Shown piece by piece: positions 1 to 10,063 of a stretch of DNA of 64,000 nucleotides. A program made the position numbers and the translations under genes. Below the pieces are notes generated by a model that was not told where the DNA came from, did not search any database, and saw only the letters and a program-made list of their open reading frames with translations. Origin of the DNA: an uncultured Desulfosarcina sp. (GTDB lineage: Bacteria > Desulfobacterota > Desulfobacteria > Desulfobacterales > Desulfosarcinaceae); assembly GCA_963674945.2 (NCBI GenBank), contig CAXXWQ010000003.1, positions 2,304,001 through 2,368,000 on the forward strand. Direction: 5' to 3'. The stretch's first letter is position 1; the number at the start of each line of letters is the position of its first letter.

Positions 1-1762
1 GCAACTCATTTCTGAACCATTGGGCGATGGGTACGCCGAACCCCATCTTGGGCCGCTCAACCAGATGCCGTGGAACATACCGGGTCAAAAGTTCCATCAA
101 CAGGTATTTTCCCTTCCCGCTTCTGTATTTCAATGAGACCGGCAGGCGGGATGTGAATTCGACTACACGGTGGTCGAGCAATGGCACCCTCACCTCGAGG
201 CTGGCAGCCATACTGGCACGATCGACCTTCGTTAACATGGCGTCGGGCAAGTAGGTTTGCCGATCCACCATCATGAGTCGATCCATGACGCATCGATGGG
301 AAGGTGCCATGAACGCGTTCTCGAATGTGCCGGACGGCACGGGTCGTCCCGTCAGTTGCAATACCGCTTCTTTGGACCAGATCGAAACGGTCATCCGATA
401 CAAGTCGGATAAATCGGCATATCCCAATTGATTGATCAGTTTTTCCCATTTGTCGGGAAAGTTTGCGACCTGGAACCGCCGGGGCAACAGGTGGCGAATT
501 CTGTCGTAATAACGGGCCGTTTTTGACGCGGGAATCATCCCAAGGACCTGTTTGACAAACTTTCTGGTGCCGGTGGGAATCCAATTCATCGTTCTTGTCA
601 TTGTATCGGTCATCCAGTAGCGAACGTACCCGGCAAATTGTTCGTCACCACCATCTCCCGAGAGGGCCACGGTCACCTGATCCCGTGTCAATTTGCTGAC
701 GAGGAAAGTTGGAACCGCAGATGAATCGGCAAAGGGTTCGTCATATATTTCTGCCAACCGGTCGATCGTATGCAATGCATCCTGCGGGGACACATACAGC
801 TCGGTGTGCGCCGTTCCTAAGTGGTCGGCTACCTTGCGGGCCCAAGGTGCCTCGTTGAAGCCCTGCTCTGTAAAGCCGATGCTGAAGGTTCTTACAGGGC
901 TGTCACTGACTTTCTGCATCATGGCCACGACGATGGACGAGTCCACGCCGCCACTGAGCAGGGCACCCAAGGGAACGTCGCTGATCAGATGATCGGAAAC
1001 CACCCGTGTCAATAGGCTGTCCAATCGGCGCAATGCGTCTTCTTTGTCGATGGTCTCAACGGGGTCGTTTGCTGGACGATTTTCGGTTGGTGTCCACCAC
1101 CGTTTTTTTGACACCTGATTGCCGTCGTAAAGCAGAAAATGACCGGGTTCCAATTTAAAGGTATCGAAAAAGATCGTTCGCGGGGCAGGAATATATTGAT
1201 AATGAAGGTACAAGGAGAAGGCATCCGGGTCGATGCGTCGCGCAAAGCCGTTCATGGCCATCAAGGCTTTGAGCTCGGACCCAAAAAGCAATCCTTTTTC
1301 TGTAAAGCTGTAATACAGCGGCTTGATTCCCAGGCGATCCCGGGCGAGGAACAGATGCCCTTTTCTTCGGTCCCAGATGGCAAGGGAAAACATCCCGTTG
1401 AACCGTTCAAGACAGTCTTCTCCCCATTGGGCATAGGCGGCCAGGACCACTTCCGTATCGCTGGTTCCCATGAAGGCGTGGCCCAGCCGAACCAAATCGC
1501 GCCTGATATCGAGGAAGTTATAGACCTCCCCATTGAAAACGATAACGAGATTGCCATCGTTGCTTTCCATGGGCTGGCTGCCGGTCGGCGACAGATCGAT
1601 GATGGAGAGCCGCCGGTGGCCCAACCCCACGCCATGAAGGTCGTCAAAGAAGATACCGGCATCGTCCGGTCCCCGGTGGCGCAGCGAATCCGTTGCCGCT
1701 TTCAGGCTTGCCGCGAAGTGATGAAAATCCTGCGTGATACGAAACCCCACGAAACCGCACAT
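1..1762 (-). CDS. asnB: Asparagine synthase (glutamine-hydrolysing)-like amidotransferase, 3' end outside window
   Basis: Absent from the ORF track because there is no stop in the window. Manual minus-strand translation from ATG 1762 gives MCGFVGF (Ntn Cys); later motifs are SDVPLGALLSGGVDSS, DEPFADSSAVPT, VALSGDGGDEQFAGY and RPKMGFGVP. The two ends are in the same frame. Confidence 0.92.
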   Translation of the reverse strand, partial: MCGFVGFRITQDFHHFAASLKAATDSLRHRGPDDAGIFFDDLHGVGLGHRRLSIIDLSPTGSQPMESNDGNLVIVFNGEVYNFLDIRRDLVRLGHAFMGTSDTEVVLAAYAQWGEDCLERFNGMFSLAIWDRRKGHLFLARDRLGIKPLYYSFTEKGLLFGSELKALMAMNGFARRIDPDAFSLYLHYQYIPAPRTIFFDTFKLEPGHFLLYDGNQVSKKRWWTPTENRPANDPVETIDKEDALRRLDSLLTRVVSDHLISDVPLGALLSGGVDSSIVVAMMQKVSDSPVRTFSIGFTEQGFNEAPWARKVADHLGTAHTELYVSPQDALHTIDRLAEIYDEPFADSSAVPTFLVSKLTRDQVTVALSGDGGDEQFAGYVRYWMTDTMTRTMNWIPTGTRKFVKQVLGMIPASKTARYYDRIRHLLPRRFQVANFPDKWEKLINQLGYADLSDLYRMTVSIWSKEAVLQLTGRPVPSGTFENAFMAPSHRCVMDRLMMVDRQTYLPDAMLTKVDRASMAASLEVRVPLLDHRVVEFTSRLPVSLKYRSGKGKYLLMELLTRYVPRHLVERPKMGFGVPIAQWFRNEL

Positions 1763-1880
1763 GTTTAATCTACGCTTTCAATCGTGAATATGTGAAATGA
1801 TTTCTTGTGGAAAGAAAGAATGTTCGGTAAAACAACGGTCACAAAACCGACAACCCAAACAGACACATTGAATTTCTTCG

Positions 1881-3404
1881 ATGCAACCCTATCGCCAACT
1901 GACCCGATCTCCCGTGCTCGCGAAAAACACCCTGTTCAACCTTGTGGGATACGGTTTCCCATTGATCGTCGCCCTGTACTGCATTCCCAAAATCGTGGTT
2001 GGATTGGGTACGGATCGCTTCGGAGTTCTAACCCTTGCCTGGGTATTGATCGGATACTTCGGACTGTTGGATCTGGGGCTGGGCAGGGCATTAACCCAGG
2101 TTGTCGCCGAGAGGCTGGGCACGGACCAGACCGATGAAATCCCGGCGACCATCTGGACGGCCCTGTTGGGCATGCTGGTATTGTCCCTCTTTTTGAGTAC
2201 GATTCTTTTTTTCTGCAGCAATTTTCTGGTGCTTCGTTTCTTGAACATTCCCCCGGAACTAGTAGAAGAAACCGTTGGCGCATTTCACTGGGTAGCGATT
2301 TCGGTGCCCGTTGTGATCATCAGTGTCGGCCTTCGGGGGATTCTGGAGGCCTACCAGCGATTTGACCTGGTCAATGCCGTTCGTATTCCATTGGGTATTT
2401 TTTCCTTTGCCGCACCGCTGGCCGTGATCCCTTTTACCGTGAAGTTGCAATGGGTGATCATGGCACTTTTTCTGGGTCGTCTGTTTGCGGCTGGCGGCCA
2501 ATTTCTGTTTTGCCGTCAGATCATTCCCGGCCTAATCTCCCGTTTTTCCATGGATACGAAAGGATTCTGGATTTTAATGCGATTCGGTGGCTGGATGACG
2601 GTGACCAATATCATCAACCCCTTGCTCGTGCATGTGGATCGATTTTTCATCGCGTCTCTCCTGTCGACCACTGCGGTTGCCTACTATGCGACACCATCCG
2701 AAATGATCATGAAAATCGCCCTTCTTTCGGGTGCCTTGATGAGCGTTCTGTTTCCGGCCATATCCACGAGCTTCAAGATCGACCGGCAACGAAGTGCCTT
2801 TTTGTTGGAGAGGGGATTGATTTATGTTTTTCTGGGCATCTTCCCTCTATTGGTGATCCTTTTTTCCCTTGCTCCGGAGGGGCTCGCCATTTGGCTGGAT
2901 GAAGAATTCATGAGAAACAGTTCGTCGGTGACGCGGATCCTGCTGGCTGGTGTTCTCTTTTATTGTATGGGCCAAATTCCCTATGCGTTCATCCAAGGCG
3001 CCGGTCGACCGGATCTGACCGGCAAGCTTCACCTGATCGAGCTTCCTCTGTACATATTTTTTGTAATCCTGGGAATCCATTGGGCCGGTATCGCCGGTGC
3101 GGCGATAATCTGGGCGCTTCGGTTCATCGGGGATACGACCTGTATGCTCCTGATGGCAAAAAAACTGCTCGGCAACCATGATTTTCAGATAAAGCCCGTC
3201 ATGGTTGCCGTTTCCATGTCCTTTCCGGCGATGGGCATGCTTGCCCTGCCGGTACCACTTTCATGGCGCATGATGGGCTGCATACTGGTCCTTGTGGCCT
3301 TCTTGTGTTTGGCGTGGCGATATCTATTATCCGCCGGCGAAAAAGATATGATCAACCATGTTCTTCGCACGGCGTCGCATTGGAGGGGAATTCATCGTGG
3401 TTGA
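1881..3404 (+). CDS. wzx: Wzx-type oligosaccharide flippase (MOP family)
   Basis: 507 aa, highly hydrophobic with many TM segments; LAKNTLFNL, FGLLDLGLGRA and VDRFFI...AVAYY motifs. Confidence 0.85.
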   Translation: MQPYRQLTRSPVLAKNTLFNLVGYGFPLIVALYCIPKIVVGLGTDRFGVLTLAWVLIGYFGLLDLGLGRALTQVVAERLGTDQTDEIPATIWTALLGMLVLSLFLSTILFFCSNFLVLRFLNIPPELVEETVGAFHWVAISVPVVIISVGLRGILEAYQRFDLVNAVRIPLGIFSFAAPLAVIPFTVKLQWVIMALFLGRLFAAGGQFLFCRQIIPGLISRFSMDTKGFWILMRFGGWMTVTNIINPLLVHVDRFFIASLLSTTAVAYYATPSEMIMKIALLSGALMSVLFPAISTSFKIDRQRSAFLLERGLIYVFLGIFPLLVILFSLAPEGLAIWLDEEFMRNSSSVTRILLAGVLFYCMGQIPYAFIQGAGRPDLTGKLHLIELPLYIFFVILGIHWAGIAGAAIIWALRFIGDTTCMLLMAKKLLGNHDFQIKPVMVAVSMSFPAMGMLALPVPLSWRMMGCILVLVAFLCLAWRYLLSAGEKDMINHVLRTASHWRGIHRG

Positions 3405-4014
3405 TCATGTCCAGATCCCGGATCCCATTCGGAACAAGCTTGAATCAGGAGATCGAATCGATCTCGAGTTGGGTTGCGGAAACCGCAAACGCCATTTCCA
3501 TGCCATCGGCATCGATCGACTGCCCTACGAAGGGGTCGATATTGTGGGCGATATCGAATCGGTTATCGAACAATTTCCCATCGGCCGCGTCGACCATGTT
3601 TACGCGTATCATTGTTTTGAACACTTGCCGAATCTTGAAAGAATCATGGATCGTTTGGCGCGGATCATGAAATTATCCGGCAAACTGTTTGTCGAGGTAC
3701 CGCATTTTTCGAATCCTTATTACTACTCAGATTCGACCCATCGGCAGCCCTTTGGATTGTATACCTTTTCCTATATAACCCGCGAAGCGCTATTTCAACG
3801 ACGTTGCCCGACATATCAGCGCCGGATCGATTTCGAGTTGAAAAACGTCAAGCTGGTCTTTAAATCGCCCCCCCCTTTTTACGGACGCTATGGCATGAAG
3901 AAAATCGTCCAGTCCATTGTCAACCTGAGCCGGTACATGCAGGAATTCTACGAGGAAAATGTATGCTGGATGGTGCCCTGTTATGAAATCCACTACGAAC
4001 TGGAACGGTGCTGA
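3397..4014 (+). CDS. Class I SAM-dependent methyltransferase
   Basis: LELGCGN motif I, HCFEHL, GKLFVEVP; GTG 3397 follows a GAGGGG RBS. Confidence 0.8.
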   Translation: MVDHVQIPDPIRNKLESGDRIDLELGCGNRKRHFHAIGIDRLPYEGVDIVGDIESVIEQFPIGRVDHVYAYHCFEHLPNLERIMDRLARIMKLSGKLFVEVPHFSNPYYYSDSTHRQPFGLYTFSYITREALFQRRCPTYQRRIDFELKNVKLVFKSPPPFYGRYGMKKIVQSIVNLSRYMQEFYEENVCWMVPCYEIHYELERC

Positions 4015-5078
4015 TGCGGATACTGCTCCTTAGCCGCTACACGCGATTGGGTGCCAGCAGCCGCATGCGCTGTTTTCAGTACATTCCCCTGCTGTCCCGG
4101 TGCGGTATCCATGTCGATATTCAGTCTTTGTTCGATGACAGATACCTGGTCGATCTGTATGGCACCAACCGTCGCCATTGGCGAAATATCGTCGCCAACT
4201 ATCTTCGGCGCGTACCGGCACTTCTTACCCTTGGCCGGTATGATCTCTTATGGATCGAGCAGGAGCTGTTTCCGTGGTTGCCGCCGCTGGCAGAACGGCT
4301 GCTGTACGGATGCAAGGTGCCCTGTATCGTCGACTATGACGACGCCATTTTTCATCGGTACGACCTGCATCGGAAGCAATTGGTTCGGCAAGTTCTGGGT
4401 CGAAAGATCGATTTCATCATGAATCGTGCCGAAGCGGTGGTCGTGGGCAACCGATACCTTGCCGAGAGGGCTATCAACGCCGGCGCCAATCGGGTTGCCA
4501 TGATTCCCACGGTCATCGATTTGGAACGCTACGTGCCGAAACCCGATTATGAACGCATACAGGTGACCATTGGCTGGATCGGCAGCCCCGCGACCTATCC
4601 ATTTTTCGAATCCATTGCACCGATACTGACAGATCTAATGAAACGGCTTCCCATTCGGGTCGAAGTCGTGGGCGGGCCGGAAATAGGCGAACGAGGGATG
4701 TGGCCCTTTACCTATCATCGGTGGTGTGAAGCGTCGGAAGTCGATCGTCTGAACCACTTTGACATCGGGATCATGCCGTTGCCCGATACACCCTGGACGC
4801 GGGGAAAATGCGGCTACAAATTAATCCAATATATGGCTTGCGGCATCCCCGTCGTCGCATCCCGTGTGGGCACGAACCTGGATATTGTGGAGCCGGAAAA
4901 AAGTGGATTTTTGGTATCGACCGCGAAGGAGTGGATTGATGCCATCGAACGCCTCGTTACAGACGCTGCGCTGAGAAGAACCATGGGACGACAGGGGCGC
5001 CGGCTTGTGGAAGCGCACTACCATCTGGGTAAAACGTTGCCGGTTCTGGTCCGGTGTATGGTTCAATCACAAAGGTAA
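4008..5078 (+). CDS. Glycosyltransferase family 4
   Basis: IGWIGS, DIGIMPL...GKCGYKLIQYMACGIPVVAS. Confidence 0.88.
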   Translation: MLMRILLLSRYTRLGASSRMRCFQYIPLLSRCGIHVDIQSLFDDRYLVDLYGTNRRHWRNIVANYLRRVPALLTLGRYDLLWIEQELFPWLPPLAERLLYGCKVPCIVDYDDAIFHRYDLHRKQLVRQVLGRKIDFIMNRAEAVVVGNRYLAERAINAGANRVAMIPTVIDLERYVPKPDYERIQVTIGWIGSPATYPFFESIAPILTDLMKRLPIRVEVVGGPEIGERGMWPFTYHRWCEASEVDRLNHFDIGIMPLPDTPWTRGKCGYKLIQYMACGIPVVASRVGTNLDIVEPEKSGFLVSTAKEWIDAIERLVTDAALRRTMGRQGRRLVEAHYHLGKTLPVLVRCMVQSQR

Positions 5079-5113
5079 TGTTGGTCGGATACGGCATCGG
5101 CCAGGTTTTGATG

Positions 5114-5710
5114 TTAGATGTCGTTGTTTTCGACCGCTTTTAGGAATGCATCAATATTTGAGCTCAGCAAAAGTGGAATCGCCTTGTCGATTCGATTTGC
5201 ATCCCAATCCCACCATTTTATTTCCAAGAGTCTTTCGATGACCCGATCACCGAATCGTTTTCCGATTTCGTGGGCCGGATTTCCGGCGACAATGGCATAG
5301 GGCTGCACCGTTTTGGTAACCAACGCCCGGGCACCAACCACGGCACCATCACCAATCTTGACGCCTGACAGAATCATGGCCTCTTTGCCGATCCACACAT
5401 CGTTACCAATGACGACGCTCCCTTTGGTACGGGGATGTCCAACGATATGGGATGCAGATTTCCGCAGCACACTAAAAGGATAGGTAGTGACCCAATCAAT
5501 GTTGTGCTCCCCGCCAAGATATATTTGAACGCCATCAGCGATCGAACAATAGGCACCAATGGATAGGGTTGAACCTTCATTCCAGGAATGAATTTTTAGC
5601 CCACTGGCATAGGTTCCTCGACCGAATCGATAACCCGGATATCGTCGATCCAATTGAAACGATCTTCGCAAGAGATAGGCACGCGCGATCTTTTTGAGCA
5701 GTTCGACCAT
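5114..5710 (-). CDS. CatB/Vat-related hexapeptide O-acetyltransferase (probably acting on glycan)
   Basis: IGAYCSIA, TTYPF, IGNDVWIG, AGNPA, WWDW motifs; lies inside the polysaccharide operon. Confidence 0.82.
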   Translation of the reverse strand: MVELLKKIARAYLLRRSFQLDRRYPGYRFGRGTYASGLKIHSWNEGSTLSIGAYCSIADGVQIYLGGEHNIDWVTTYPFSVLRKSASHIVGHPRTKGSVVIGNDVWIGKEAMILSGVKIGDGAVVGARALVTKTVQPYAIVAGNPAHEIGKRFGDRVIERLLEIKWWDWDANRIDKAIPLLLSSNIDAFLKAVENNDI

Positions 5711-5724
5711 TATTGTTGGCCTTC

Positions 5725-8700
5725 CTAATCGGCGATCATCATCAATCGATTGTACAATCCTTCAATATCCTCAACGAGACGGGCAATGGAGTAGTTCTCG
5801 ACAACATAGCGTTTGGCTTTGTCAAAACGTTTCCGGTCATTCAGATAACCACTTTCAATCATATACATCAGTGCATTGCAGAAGGTTACGGCGTCATCTT
5901 TCGGGCACATGATGCCCCTTTTGCAGATGCGGAAAGCAGACCGGACAGGTTGATCCGGTTGGTGAACTCCCAATAGATCCTTGATTCCGCCGACATCCGT
6001 CGTAACCACCGGAACACTCGCTGCCATGGCTTCGATGATGGAAACCGGTGTGCCTTCATTTAAGGAAGTCAATGCGAGGATATCGAGGTCCGCATAAATC
6101 ATGGGGATATTCTTTTCCCACCCGTAAAAAATAACGTGGTCGGCCAAATCGTTTTCGATCGCATATTTTTCCAGCGATTGTCGAAGTTCACCGTCTCCAA
6201 TGATAAGAAAGTGGATTTTTCTGTCTTTGGTTTTTTTCAGTAATAAACTTGCCGAATCAAGGAACATTTTGTGGTTCTTGATTGGAACGAGCCGGCCCAC
6301 GATTCCGATGAGGATGGTATCGTCTGAAACCCCTATTCTTTTCCTGAGAATATATTTACGTTCGTAACATTGCAAAAATGGCTGCAAATCGAAACCGAGT
6401 TTTATCGTAACGATTTTCTCCGGTCGACTGATTCTGTATAGATTCAACAGCTCCCATTTTTGTGACTCACTGATGGCAATGATCCGATCCGTATATTTAC
6501 CCAACATTCGTTCAATCAGATTGAACAGATAAGTTGAGAATATATTGAAATAACTATCCAGGATATGGCCATGGAATGTATGTATGCTTATGATTTTTTC
6601 CTTTTTTCCGAAATTACATAAGATAACTGCTATACGGGCAATCGTTCCTGCCTTGGAAGTATGCGAGTGGACAATATCGGGTTTGAAAGATCGAATTGTT
6701 TTTATCACTTTTTTGAGCGAGATCAATTCCTTTAACGGTTCGATCTCTCTTTGAAGTTCCGGGATATGAATCAGCGTATCCTCGTTTACGTTGACGATGT
6801 AGCTCATATCGCCTTCATGTGAGGATATGGAACCGGTAATTAATTTTGTATCGAATTTACTCTTGTCCAAACATTCTGTAAGATTTTTTACATGAATTGC
6901 CGGGCCACCGATATTCATTCTTGAAACAAGCCGTAGAACCTTTATCTGTCTACCTGCTGATTTTCCAATATGCGGTCTTGCTTGGCGATCCTTGACTATC
7001 GGCTTCCTTGTGATTTCCTGATATAATTGAAGTGTACGTTCAACCATAGTATCATTGGAAAACAGATCTTTGACCCTCTTGTAACCGGACTCACCGTAAG
7101 ATTTTCTCTTGCCTGGATTATCAATGAGAAATTGAATTGCATTGGACAGGGATTCATCATCGGCGGGTCTTATCACGATTCCCGTTTTCTGATCGAGGTT
7201 GACGAAACTGGTACCTGTCCCCAACTTCGTGCTGATGACTGGTTTTTTACAACACATGGCTTCGAGTTGGACGATGCCAAATGCCTCGCTTCGAAGATGG
7301 GATGGCAAAACAAAAATATCGCATGCCTGATAGTAGGCGTTGACATCGTCATCCGGTAATTCACCCAAAAAATGGATTTTTTCACCAAGATGGTTTCTGT
7401 CAACAAATCGTCGCAGCTTTGATTCTTCCGGCCCCGCACCAATTAACAAGAGAACGGCATTAATCCTTCGCATCGCCGACAACAGATAGTGCAATCCCTT
7501 ATAATAACGAAAACACCCAACAAACAGAACTATCGGATGCGTTCCGTACCGGCGTTTAATCTCGTTAATTTGAAAGCGATCTTCGTATGACCTGAATCTT
7601 TCGATATCGATCCCAAGCGGAATCACAGTGCATTTATCTTTATACTTATTTAAAACAGCTGAAGATTCAATGTAGTTGGGTGAAGTGGAAATGATCCTGT
7701 CGGCTTTATCAAGAAAAACTTTTCTGAAAGGTGAATAGATTTTTCCCAACTTATCCTGTCTGATGATGTCGCTGTGATATGTGACGACAAGTTTTTTATG
7801 GAGATTGGTTAAGAAATACGAAAATTCTGCAGTCGGGTTTGGATAATGGAAGTGAATAATGTCGGCGCTCTCTCCAAATCGTTTCAGATAACGATAGAAG
7901 GTCGGCGTCAAGGGTGCAGAAGAAAATCTTCCAAGCTGTGGCGCCTTATGAATATTTATGCCGTTGTACGTCTCCTTTTCATACCTATTGATGGTGTTGG
8001 AAACGAGAACTTCGACATCTATTCCGCGACGCATCAGTCCAGTGGACAACAAGTTGATATGACTTTCGATTCCTCCTTTCACGGGAGGATAAAAATCCTT
8101 GTAGACATGTAGAACTTTCATCTTGGAGATGTTTCGCGAAACTCTCGTTTTGTCAGTAGAAATTTTTGTTTTGACGATATGTTTGGAATCGGCTTCCGTA
8201 GCCCGCTCAACGACCAATCGCAAGAAACTGAACAAAACAGAAATCAGGAACCGGAGCATCAGTGCAACGCCGGCAAAGGGAGATAACAGGGAATAGGGCC
8301 ATGTTGCATATTTTTCGAAAAGACGATAACCGCTTTTGTGAAAATGAAATTTAGAGAAGATGGGCTTGGTGCTGCTGCTCATTCCAACAATATGGGTTGC
8401 CTTGGCAAAGGGAAAGTAGACAACCTTCCAGCCTTTATTTCTCACCCTTCGGCACAAATCGGTATCTTCCCAGTAGAGAAAAAAATGTTCATCGAATCCA
8501 TTAATATTTTCAATGGCATTGCGTCGGATGACCATACACGCACCCGAAACCCAGTCCACTTCCCTTGGACTTTCATTATCATCCGCCCACGTCAATATAT
8601 TCGATTTGGTGATGGAGTTGTTGGGAAATATTCTTGTCAGAGGAGATTTGCGACCGAACAAAGATGTAAGAGGTGTTGGAAAAGACCGCGCCGATCCTTG

Positions 8701-9075
8701 GACGCTGCCATCTTCATCCATGATCTTTGGCCCGATAATTCCAATGCTCTCATTTTTTTCCATGAAACCGATGGCGATTTCGAAAAAATTCTTGGAAATA
8801 AAACAATCCGGATTGATGAGTGTTACGTATTTCGAGTCGCAATATCGAAGTGCCCTATTGATCGCGGCACCAAAGCCGATGTTCTTTTTGTACGTAAACA
8901 GTTTGATTTCCGGGAAACGAGCTTTGGCTCGGGTTACGTCGTCCGTTGATGCATTGTCGACGACGATGATGTTGAGACGGTGATCACGGCTTATATTTCC
9001 AAGGAGGCATTCGATAGAACGAATGAGGCAGTCCGTACTATTGAAATTTACATAGATGATATCCGATAATATCAC
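5725..9075 (-). CDS. Three-domain glycosyltransferase fusion GT2-GT4-GT4
   Basis: N-terminal GT2 (VVDNAS, NPD, FFLYWEDTDLC); two GT4 domains (EAFGIVQLEAM; EGTPVSIIEAM). Confidence 0.88.
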   Translation of the reverse strand: MILSDIIYVNFNSTDCLIRSIECLLGNISRDHRLNIIVVDNASTDDVTRAKARFPEIKLFTYKKNIGFGAAINRALRYCDSKYVTLINPDCFISKNFFEIAIGFMEKNESIGIIGPKIMDEDGSVQGSARSFPTPLTSLFGRKSPLTRIFPNNSITKSNILTWADDNESPREVDWVSGACMVIRRNAIENINGFDEHFFLYWEDTDLCRRVRNKGWKVVYFPFAKATHIVGMSSSTKPIFSKFHFHKSGYRLFEKYATWPYSLLSPFAGVALMLRFLISVLFSFLRLVVERATEADSKHIVKTKISTDKTRVSRNISKMKVLHVYKDFYPPVKGGIESHINLLSTGLMRRGIDVEVLVSNTINRYEKETYNGINIHKAPQLGRFSSAPLTPTFYRYLKRFGESADIIHFHYPNPTAEFSYFLTNLHKKLVVTYHSDIIRQDKLGKIYSPFRKVFLDKADRIISTSPNYIESSAVLNKYKDKCTVIPLGIDIERFRSYEDRFQINEIKRRYGTHPIVLFVGCFRYYKGLHYLLSAMRRINAVLLLIGAGPEESKLRRFVDRNHLGEKIHFLGELPDDDVNAYYQACDIFVLPSHLRSEAFGIVQLEAMCCKKPVISTKLGTGTSFVNLDQKTGIVIRPADDESLSNAIQFLIDNPGKRKSYGESGYKRVKDLFSNDTMVERTLQLYQEITRKPIVKDRQARPHIGKSAGRQIKVLRLVSRMNIGGPAIHVKNLTECLDKSKFDTKLITGSISSHEGDMSYIVNVNEDTLIHIPELQREIEPLKELISLKKVIKTIRSFKPDIVHSHTSKAGTIARIAVILCNFGKKEKIISIHTFHGHILDSYFNIFSTYLFNLIERMLGKYTDRIIAISESQKWELLNLYRISRPEKIVTIKLGFDLQPFLQCYERKYILRKRIGVSDDTILIGIVGRLVPIKNHKMFLDSASLLLKKTKDRKIHFLIIGDGELRQSLEKYAIENDLADHVIFYGWEKNIPMIYADLDILALTSLNEGTPVSIIEAMAASVPVVTTDVGGIKDLLGVHQPDQPVRSAFRICKRGIMCPKDDAVTFCNALMYMIESGYLNDRKRFDKAKRYVVENYSIARLVEDIEGLYNRLMMIAD

Positions 9076-10040
9076 GTATCACTTCCTTTTTTATTGGGCA
9101 CGAGATTTTTGTCCAATGCATCCCAGATTGTTTTTGCCCCGACACTGCGATTTCTTTGTATATTTGTTCGTTTCTTCATCACCTCCGGTAATCCCCGTAT
9201 GGCATCCATCTTGGACCGGAGAATCACGCCACCCTGTCCCCTGTTCAAAAAATAGAAGATTGTAACGATATTCAAAATCAGATGTATTGGCAGAAGGAGC
9301 CATAACAAGCTGCCAGGCATGTTCTTGAAAAATGTCCAAACCAGATTGCGGTGGCCATAATAAACGGTAAAATCACTATGTCTGCCACCGGTTGTTGCCG
9401 AACCGGCATGATAAACAACCGCGTCCGGAACATATTTTGCCGAATAACCCATAAGGCGGAGCCGAAAGCCCAAATCGATATCCTCGGAATAACAGAAATA
9501 CATCTCATCGAAACCGCCTATGGAACGAATTGCATCGCGTCGATACATGGCGGCAGCGGCACATGGTGAAAAAATCTCACGTTCTTCGATATCACCGGGG
9601 GTCTGATGCTGGCCATGCCGATGGCGCCACACGAGGCCGGTCAGATGGTAGCAATCTCCGATTCCATCGATTGTATTTTTGTTGTCATAAGACAACTGCC
9701 TGGAGCCAAAGGCTGCTGTGGTGGGATATTTCTCGGCGGCCCGCAGCATATTTTCAATCCAATGGGGTTCTGCGAATGCATCGGGATTGATAAGGGCAAC
9801 GAATGTCGAATCGCATTTGGAAAGTGCATGGTTGTTGGCGCCGGCAAATCCAATATTGGTTTTCAATTTTAAAATGGAAATTCGGTCCGATGCGATGCCG
9901 ATTTCCAAAGAATGATCAGAACTGTTGTTATCGACGACAATAATTCTTTCAGGTAAACGGGTTTGCATCAATAAATGTTGAATGCATTTATGCAGCAGAT
10001 CTCCACTATTCCAATTAACAATGATAATGTTGATGGACAT
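9072..10040 (-). CDS. Glycosyltransferase family 2
   Basis: VVDNNSSD, GFAGANN, NPDA, YFCYSEDIDLGFR. Confidence 0.88.
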   Translation of the reverse strand: MSINIIIVNWNSGDLLHKCIQHLLMQTRLPERIIVVDNNSSDHSLEIGIASDRISILKLKTNIGFAGANNHALSKCDSTFVALINPDAFAEPHWIENMLRAAEKYPTTAAFGSRQLSYDNKNTIDGIGDCYHLTGLVWRHRHGQHQTPGDIEEREIFSPCAAAAMYRRDAIRSIGGFDEMYFCYSEDIDLGFRLRLMGYSAKYVPDAVVYHAGSATTGGRHSDFTVYYGHRNLVWTFFKNMPGSLLWLLLPIHLILNIVTIFYFLNRGQGGVILRSKMDAIRGLPEVMKKRTNIQRNRSVGAKTIWDALDKNLVPNKKGSDT

Positions 10041-10063
10041 ACTGTAGTATCATGACAGAAAAA

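Noticed and set aside
27..1768. ORF-track entries over 27-1768 (e.g. 1139..1768 +, 57..584 -)
   Set aside because: Shadow frames of asnB, which the track missed because its stop lies outside the window.
5114..5710. Chloramphenicol/streptogramin resistance gene (catB/vat)
   Set aside because: The fold is shared, but the position in a glycosyltransferase operon favours glycan O-acetylation; resistance is not supportable.
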